Source: Desulfomicrobium sp.
GTDB taxonomy: Bacteria > Desulfobacterota > Desulfovibrionia > Desulfovibrionales > Desulfomicrobiaceae
Length of the DNA: 64,000 nucleotides
Direction: 5' to 3'
Assembly: GCA_040768745.1 (NCBI GenBank)
Contig: JAXGMI010000001.1
Span: forward strand, 1 to 64,000
Part shown: one piece after another, positions 57,836-64,000 of the stretch
How the letters are laid out: every line of letters starts with the position of its first letter
Numbering within the stretch: position 1 is the stretch's first letter
Notes under the pieces: generated by a model
The model's input: only the letters and a program-made list of their open reading frames with translations
The model's database searches: none
Told to the model about the DNA's origin: nothing
Program-made: the position numbers and the translations under genes

Positions 57836-59072
57836 GGCGTCCCTCCTGCAGCCGGGCCATGAGCAGCTCCCGGACTTCGTCGCGCAGCATGGCCATCCCC
57901 TCCTCGTCCGGGTGGAACGGGTCCTCGGCGGCCAGCAGCTCGGCCGGAAGGCGGCCGCGCAGGTTCTCGAACTCCGGCGCCAGACCGAGGAGCGACCCAT
58001 CCAGCTCCAGCCCGGCCACGGCCTGCTCCAGCCCGGCCAGGGGCGAGTCCTCCTCCGGCAGGCTGGCCGCGCTCGGCCGGGTGGCCACCTCCAGCTTTTC
58101 CAGCCACACGTCGCCCAGGTCCGCGGCCAGAGCCCGCAACTCCTCGCGCAGGTGCTCCCGGTCGCGGTGCAGGCCGGTGTGCAGGTCCGTGCGTCCTTCC
58201 AGGATCACCCGCACGGCCAGGGGGCGGCTGTCCGCTTCCCTTCTCTGCCCCTCCATCGCCTCGCGCACACGGCCTCGCACCCCGTCGGGACCCGCGCAGC
58301 CCGTCAGGTCCACACGGCAGACCTCGAAGCGCAGCACGTCGATATCTCTGAATTCCACGTTGCTGACGCGCCCGGAGTCGACGGTAACCACGGCGCAGCC
58401 CTTGGGCCCGGTCTCGCGGATGTGCCGGCCCTGGATGTTTCCGGGGAAGACAATCCACGGGTCCCGGCCGACCACTTCGCGCCGGTGCACATGGCCCAGG
58501 GCCCAGTAGTCGTAACCCTTGGAGGCCAGGCCCTCGGCGGTGCACGGCGCGTAGTTCTCATGGTTCGGCCGCCCCGTCAGACTGGTGTGCAGGAGGCCGA
58601 TGTTGCACATGCCGGGCAGAGCCGGCGGATAGTCCCGGCTCAGATCCTCGGACACGACGCGGCCGCCGAAGCTCTGGCCGTGCACAGCCGCGCCCAGGTC
58701 GTCGAAGGTCACGGTGGCCGCCTTGCTGTGCGGAAAGAGGGTCACGTTGTCCGGCAGGCGCAGGGTGCGGGTCAGCTGGCTGACGGCGTCGTGGTTGCCC
58801 GAGACCATGAGCACCCGGATGCCTGCCTCGCGCAGCCGTCCCATGCGATGGGCGAAATAGAGGCCCGTGTTGTAGTCCTTCCAGTCTCCGTCGAACAGGT
58901 CTCCGGCCAGGAGAACAAAGGCGGCACCCTCCTCCACGGCCAGATCAACGAGGTTGTCGAAGGCGCGCCTGGCGGCGGCCCGGATCTGCTCCACGGGCGC
59001 GTCGGGATAGGCCTCGAGTCCACGGAGTGGACTGTCCAGATGAATGTCCGCAGCATGCAGAAATCGGATCAT
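57825..59072 (-). CDS. YhaO/SbcD-like metallophosphoesterase nuclease
   Basis: HAADIHLDSP, AGDLFD, GNHD, LHTS, ALGHVH, GNIQGR. Confidence 0.9.
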   Translation of the reverse strand: MIRFLHAADIHLDSPLRGLEAYPDAPVEQIRAAARRAFDNLVDLAVEEGAAFVLLAGDLFDGDWKDYNTGLYFAHRMGRLREAGIRVLMVSGNHDAVSQLTRTLRLPDNVTLFPHSKAATVTFDDLGAAVHGQSFGGRVVSEDLSRDYPPALPGMCNIGLLHTSLTGRPNHENYAPCTAEGLASKGYDYWALGHVHRREVVGRDPWIVFPGNIQGRHIRETGPKGCAVVTVDSGRVSNVEFRDIDVLRFEVCRVDLTGCAGPDGVRGRVREAMEGQRREADSRPLAVRVILEGRTDLHTGLHRDREHLREELRALAADLGDVWLEKLEVATRPSAASLPEEDSPLAGLEQAVAGLELDGSLLGLAPEFENLRGRLPAELLAAEDPFHPDEEGMAMLRDEVRELLMARLQEGRHAD

Positions 59073-59391
59073 GTGCTGTCCTCGAAAGAATGGCTGATCA
59101 GAAAGGCCGTATTTCCTCGTTGCGAGCTTCAGCACCCCCTCAGGATCACGGCGGCCCTGATGGTTCCACCGTTCCCCGCGGGCAGGCGCAGCCCGGGCCA
59201 GAGGCCACGTTGCCCAATGTCCTCGCCTTCGGCCAAATGCGCAAATCCTCACCCTCATCCTCATTCTGGCCGGCACCGTATCCAGATACCGCTCCATGGG
59301 CATGGCTGCAATGATCTTGATCAGCCCTTCGGCCATGCCAGTTTCGACCGCGCCTGCACTTTCTCAGCAAGAATGCGTTGCCTGCTGCCCG

Positions 59392-59429
59392 GCTGGAGGC
59401 CGTGGGTTCGAGTCCCATCGGCCCCGCCA
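59392..59429 (+). other. tRNA 3'-half fragment (probably tRNA-Asp), att-like site
   Basis: GGAGGCCGTGGGTTCGAGTCCCATCGGCCCCGCCA has a T-arm, acceptor 3' strand, G73 and CCA. No matching D-arm or 5' strand upstream. Confidence 0.75.
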
Positions 59430-59435
59430 TAGAAA

Positions 59436-59478
59436 TCAAGGGTTTAAGGTCAAACGGCCTTAAGCCCTTTTTCTTTTG
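59436..59478 (+). terminator. Terminator after the tRNA fragment
   Basis: AAGGGTTTAAGG-tcaaacgg-CCTTAAGCCCTT-T-rich. Confidence 0.7.
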
Positions 59479-59964
59479 TTGGTTTTGCTGTGGGTTTGCG
59501 GCCCGCACCTGGCGATCCAGGATGAAGCGATCCGGCAACGGGAGGCTTCTCGCCTGTCCATGCACGGGCGGCCCGTCAGCCCTGGGTTGAATCCTGTGTG
59601 ACAGAAAAAGCACTGGCCGGTGGTCCAATGTTTCTTGGAGCGGAAAGGCAAATCATATTCGTGCGTGAGGTTAAAAAAGTCGACCAAACGTTTCGTCAAA
59701 GGCGGACCCTACCTTTTTGCCTTCTTCGCGGGCATGTCTGACGCTTCGGCAATTCCGGCAGGCAATGGCAATGGAGGCGGTAGGAAGGAGATTCACGTCG
59801 CTCGGAATGGATCATTTCCGAAGGGATCGGGCCTTGGCCCGGTCGCTTTTTTGCGGCTTTTGGGTGATTTGACGGACGTTCCGAGCCGGAGCGCCTTCCT
59901 CGCTTCGAGCTGGCACTGGCAGGGCTTCCCTGCTATGGGGGATGAAAATGGGTGTTGTACCGGA

Positions 59965-60729
59965 ATGATCAAGACGCCAGCCTGGATCGGGACGATTTCC
60001 AGACGCATCGCCGTGGCGGTGTTCATGGCTGTGGCGTTCTGCGGCCCGGCAGCCGTATCGGCCTGGTCCGCCGGGATGGAAGACACCGGGGGGGAGAAGA
60101 TGGCCCGGGGGAGGATGGTCCGGGAGCAGCTCGTCGAACGCTACGGCGTCGACGACCAAGTCGTGCTGGAGGCCATGCGCGCCGTGCCGCGGCACCTCTT
60201 CATCCCGGAGGACGCCCGCCACGCGGCCTACGACGACCGCCCCGTGCCCATCGGGTACGGGCAGACCATCTCCCAGCCCTTCATCGTCGCCTTCATGACG
60301 TCCATGGCCAAGGTCGGCCCCGGTTCGCGGGTGCTGGAGATCGGGGCCGGGAGCGGCTACCAGGCCGCGGTCCTGGCCGAGATCACGGACCAGGTCTTCA
60401 CCGTCGAGATCGTGCCGGAACTGGCCGCCTGGGCCGAAGCGCGGCTGCGGCTAGCCGGGTACAGCTCGGTCCGGGTCCGGCAGGGCGACGGCTACCACGG
60501 CTGGGAGGAGTTCGCACCCTTCGACGCCATCATTGTCACCGCCGCCGCGCCCCACATCCCGCCGCCCCTGATCCGCCAGCTGGCGGACAACGGGCGGATC
60601 GTCATCCCCGTCGGCTCCCCCTTCCGGACCCAGCAGCTCGTACTGGTCGAAAAGCGCGACGGCGAGATCCGCACCAAAAACCTCATGCCCGTCCGCTTCG
60701 TGCCATTCACCGGGGCCTTCGGGGAATAG
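59965..60729 (+). CDS. pcm: Protein-L-isoaspartate O-methyltransferase with N-terminal signal-like extension (start uncertain)
   Basis: VPRHLF, GQTISQP, VLEIGAGSGYQAA, APFDAIIVTAA, VRFVP. Confidence 0.9.
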   Translation: MIKTPAWIGTISRRIAVAVFMAVAFCGPAAVSAWSAGMEDTGGEKMARGRMVREQLVERYGVDDQVVLEAMRAVPRHLFIPEDARHAAYDDRPVPIGYGQTISQPFIVAFMTSMAKVGPGSRVLEIGAGSGYQAAVLAEITDQVFTVEIVPELAAWAEARLRLAGYSSVRVRQGDGYHGWEEFAPFDAIIVTAAAPHIPPPLIRQLADNGRIVIPVGSPFRTQQLVLVEKRDGEIRTKNLMPVRFVPFTGAFGE

Positions 60730-60735
60730 GGTGCC

Positions 60736-63126
60736 ATGCGTCCCCGCGCAGTCGACACCGCCGTCTTCCTCGCCTCCCTGGTGCTCGTCGCCCTGCAAGT
60801 GGCGCTCATGCAGGCCCTGGCCGAAGCCCAGGGGCACCACTTCGCGTATGTCGTCATCGCCCTGGCCCTGCTGGGTTTCGGCGGCAGCGGGACGGCCCTC
60901 GCACTCTTGCGGGACCGGGCTCTGACCCGGGCGGAACGGCTGCTGCCGGGCCTGATGCTTTGGGCGAGCATGGGTTGCATCGCTGCCCTGCCCCTGGCCA
61001 GGCTAGCGGCTGCGCGGGTCGATTTCCCGTTACTCTTCGTCGAATGGCGGGCCTGGGGGCCGCTCGTGCTCTCCGCTGGCCTGGCCTGCATCCCGTTCTT
61101 TTTCGGCGCCCTCTTTCTCGGCCTGGTCTTCATGCGCGACACCCGGGACATCGGCCGCCTCTACGCCGCAAACCTGCTGGGCTCGGCGGCGGGGGCGGCC
61201 GCAGGGCTGGGGGTCCTCTATTGGCTGCCGGCGGAGCGGACGTTCCCCCTCATGGGCGCGGTCCTGGCCTGCGCGGCGTTGACCTTGGCGCCCGACAGAG
61301 GCCGGGCCGCGGCCTGTCTCGCGGTCCTCGTCCTGGGGGCGGCCGGGTCGTGGCTCATGCCCGGCCTGCCCGTGTCGGCCTACAAGCCCGTCAGCCACGC
61401 CCTGCGCCTGCCGGGGGCGGAAACCCTCGTCGACGAGCGCCACCCCATGGGCCGGGTGCAGGTCGTGCAGTCCCCGGCCTTGCGCCATGCGCCGGGGCTG
61501 AGCCTGAACTTCGTGGGCGAGATCCCGGCGACCGGGCATGTATACGTGAACGGGGAGAGGCTGGGGGCATTCCTGCCGCCCCCGGCATCGGGCGGACATA
61601 TTCTCGACCATGGGGTGCAGGCCCTGCCGCTGGCCTTGGCCGCGCCGCGCCGCGCCCTGGTCCTGCACGCCTGGGCCGGCGCCTCGGCGGGCCTGCTCCT
61701 CTCCCGCCAGGGCGTGACCGTGACCGCGGTTGAACCGCATCCCGTCGTGGCTGATCTCCTGCGCACGGCGTATCCGAGCCCAGACGCCCTGCTGCACGTC
61801 ATATCGGAGGACTGCCGGGCCTTTCTCGGCCGCCCGCGCGAGCCGTACGACCTCATCCTGCTCCCGCCCCTGGGTGCGTTCGGTGGCGGGATCGGGCTGC
61901 AGGCCCAGCAGGAGAACTACCTGCTGACCCGCGAGGGGTTTTCGGCCCTGTGGAACGCCCTGCCCCAGGGAGACGGGGATGCCGGCATGCTTTCGTTCTG
62001 CGTGCATCTGGACCAGCCGCCCCGCCAGAGCCTGAGGCTTCTGGCTCTCGCGGCGGACGCCATGCGCCAGGCCGGGGTGCGCGACCCCTCGCCCCACGTC
62101 GCCGCGGTCCGCAGCTGGGAGATGCTGGCCGTGGCCGTCTCGACCCGGCCGTTCGACGAGGCCGCCGGCCGGCGGTTGGAGGAATTTGCCCGGTCCCTGG
62201 GTTTCGACCGCGTCTGGGTGCCCGGCCGGGGGCCAGCACGGGAGGACCGTTTCCATCTCATGCTGGACGACCTCCTGCCGCATGGCTTCGAGGCCATTCT
62301 GGCCGGGAACGGGGAACGGTTCGTGCGTGACTATCCCTTCGACATCGCACCGCCCGAGGATGACCACCCCTATTTTCACCAGTTCATCCGCTGGGGTCGG
62401 CTCGGGGACATGCGGCTGCTGCTCGGGCCGGACAGCCCGGTCTTCGTGGAGATGGGCGCCATCCTCGTCGCGCTGACGGCCGCCGCCCTGGCTGTGGCAG
62501 CCTTGGCTCTGATCGTGCTACCGCTATCACGGCTGTCCGGGAAAGACGCGTCGAAATCCGTGCCGCGGGCGGGCGCGCCTGCGGTTCTGACCTATTTCGG
62601 GGCCATCGGGCTGGGGTTCATGTTCCTGGAGATGGTCTGGATCCAGCGCTTCACCCTGTTCTGGGGGCAGCCGCTGTACAGCGCCGCCGGGGTCCTGACG
62701 GCCCTGCTGTGCGGCATGGGTGCCGGCAGCGCGCTCAGCGCCGGGGTGTCGTGCGGGCCGCGCGCCATCCGGTCGGCCCTGGCCTGGGCCCTCGCCCTGA
62801 TCGGCGTGCTTTCGGCTGGCCTGCCGCACCTGATGGCCGCCGGACTGGGGTGGCCGGAGCCGCTGAAATGGGCGGCGGGCCTGGGGGTGCTGTCCGCGTC
62901 CGCAGTGGTGTTCGGCCTGCCGTTTCCTCTGGCCCTGCGCGCGGTCGGCGCGAGCCGGCCGGAGCTGGTGCCGTGGGCCTGGGGTGTGAATGGCTGCCTT
63001 TCGGTCCTGGCCGCGCCGCTGGCCGTGCTCACGGCCATGCAGGGCGGCTTCGGCGCGGTGAACGCCGCAGCGGCCGCGGCCTACCTGCTGGCATTCTGTT
63101 CGGCATCCCTGATCCCGGATGCCTGA
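60736..63126 (+). CDS. Polytopic membrane protein with central spermidine-synthase-like SAM domain
   Basis: LLGFGGSG, LYAANLLGS, YDLI, DDHPYF, GLGFMFLE, PWAWGVNG. Confidence 0.8.
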   Translation: MRPRAVDTAVFLASLVLVALQVALMQALAEAQGHHFAYVVIALALLGFGGSGTALALLRDRALTRAERLLPGLMLWASMGCIAALPLARLAAARVDFPLLFVEWRAWGPLVLSAGLACIPFFFGALFLGLVFMRDTRDIGRLYAANLLGSAAGAAAGLGVLYWLPAERTFPLMGAVLACAALTLAPDRGRAAACLAVLVLGAAGSWLMPGLPVSAYKPVSHALRLPGAETLVDERHPMGRVQVVQSPALRHAPGLSLNFVGEIPATGHVYVNGERLGAFLPPPASGGHILDHGVQALPLALAAPRRALVLHAWAGASAGLLLSRQGVTVTAVEPHPVVADLLRTAYPSPDALLHVISEDCRAFLGRPREPYDLILLPPLGAFGGGIGLQAQQENYLLTREGFSALWNALPQGDGDAGMLSFCVHLDQPPRQSLRLLALAADAMRQAGVRDPSPHVAAVRSWEMLAVAVSTRPFDEAAGRRLEEFARSLGFDRVWVPGRGPAREDRFHLMLDDLLPHGFEAILAGNGERFVRDYPFDIAPPEDDHPYFHQFIRWGRLGDMRLLLGPDSPVFVEMGAILVALTAAALAVAALALIVLPLSRLSGKDASKSVPRAGAPAVLTYFGAIGLGFMFLEMVWIQRFTLFWGQPLYSAAGVLTALLCGMGAGSALSAGVSCGPRAIRSALAWALALIGVLSAGLPHLMAAGLGWPEPLKWAAGLGVLSASAVVFGLPFPLALRAVGASRPELVPWAWGVNGCLSVLAAPLAVLTAMQGGFGAVNAAAAAAYLLAFCSASLIPDA

Positions 63127-63211
63127 TTGGCAAGCTGTCCGGATCGTGAAGGATGAAACCTGCGCGGTATTCTCGCCGTCCGAATCCGCAGCCCGTTGAC
63201 AATGCCTCGGT

Positions 63212-63673
63212 TCAGGCCGGCTTCATGGTCGTCGGCATGGGGACCGCCACCACCTCGCCCCGCGCCCTGATTTCGCCAAGGGCCGAAATCTCGACCTCCA
63301 CGACGGTCTTGCGGCCCCGCCGCTCCTTGACCCACGCCCGCAACTCCAGTTCAGGCCCCAAGGGCGTGGGCCGCAGGAAGTTCACGCTCAAGGACGCGGT
63401 GACGTAACGTGGACAGATCCGGGCATCCCCGGCATCCCCGGCATCCGCGGCCGCGGCCGTGGCCACCCCGTGACAGTCCACCAGGGAGGCTAGTAGCCCC
63501 CCGTAGACGAACCCCGGCAAGGCGATGTGCTCCGGCCGCGGGGTGAACCTACCCAACCCCTGCCGCCCATCCCAGTGGGTCTCGATATGCAGGCCGAGTG
63601 CGTTGTTCCTGCCGCACCCGTAGCAGTGGCTCAGTTCCTCACCGTAACGGTGCTGCACCGGAAGAGATGTCAT
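63212..63673 (-). CDS. PaaI/hotdog thioesterase
   Basis: CYGCG, YGGLLASLVDCH, VTASLSVNFLRPTP. Confidence 0.85.
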   Translation of the reverse strand: MTSLPVQHRYGEELSHCYGCGRNNALGLHIETHWDGRQGLGRFTPRPEHIALPGFVYGGLLASLVDCHGVATAAAADAGDAGDARICPRYVTASLSVNFLRPTPLGPELELRAWVKERRGRKTVVEVEISALGEIRARGEVVAVPMPTTMKPA

Positions 63674-63766
63674 GATTTCCTCCTTGAACGGCGATGCGAC
63701 GATCTTTGCTCTGGTCCGGACGCCACGTCCCGCATCTCCGCAGGATCGTCCAGCCCGGATATCGAT

Positions 63767-63910
63767 TCAGCAGCCCCTTTTCTGCGAAACGGACATAACC
63801 ACCAATGCCCCGAGAATGAGGCAGCCACCAAAGATGTTCGCCGCCGAAAGGGATTTCCAGGAACAAAACGGAACACAGCACCGCGACAACGGGTTCCAGC
63901 GTCGACACCA
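63767..63910 (-). pseudogene. EamA/DMT transporter C-terminal remnant, frameshifted
   Basis: VSTLEPVVAVLCSVLFLE, then in a shifted frame SLSAANIFGGCLILGALVVMSVSQKRGC*. Confidence 0.55.
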
Positions 63911-64000
63911 GGAATACGTCAGGGCGTCCCCGGCATTGATCCGTTGCCGGCCATGCCGTCACATGATCCATGGTCTCCACGCGGCGCCTCTTCGGCTGCC

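Noticed and set aside
59340..59429. Intact tRNA gene
   Set aside because: No 5' acceptor strand, D-arm or anticodon loop.
63422..63446. GGCATCCCC tandem repeat in the thioesterase
   Set aside because: An in-frame 9-bp loop expansion (DAGDAGDA) with no sign of phase variation.

Overview
About 64 kb of chromosome from a GC-rich sulfate-reducing deltaproteobacterium. The gene content looks Desulfomicrobium/Desulfovibrio-like, which is an inference. Left part: two adjacent internally deleted pseudogenes, cvfB, a CGGC protein, and a cysteine synthase fused to a catalytically degenerate CysRS-like module. Upstream of that fusion is a 6S-like hairpin RNA candidate. A CoA-persulfide-reductase/rhodanese, a DUF1538-PII operon ending in an unannotated 50-aa Zn-ribbon microprotein, and PadR-Kef follow. 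Centre (about 14.2-31.6 kb): a Mo/W-formate island with a Mo-storage protein homolog, a MOT1 transporter with a TunR-like palindrome, and a TiaS-N-terminal-like protein. It also holds tandem selenocysteine and cysteine formate dehydrogenase operons with a 583-bp near-identical repeat, a catalytically dead IS1595-derived protein that looks domesticated, an FmdE-MoeA fusion and a ModE-type HTH. After that come housekeeping genes, a YbhGFSR-type ABC exporter and pilMNOPQ. Right part: an IS66 with a doubled end, a frameshifted tnpA and no target duplication, then a decayed island (IS3 remnant, hydrolase, YhaN/YhaO) ending at a tRNA-Asp 3' fragment. The window closes with pcm plus a spermidine-synthase-like membrane protein, a thioesterase and an EamA remnant. 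All family calls come from motif recognition by eye. No searches were run.
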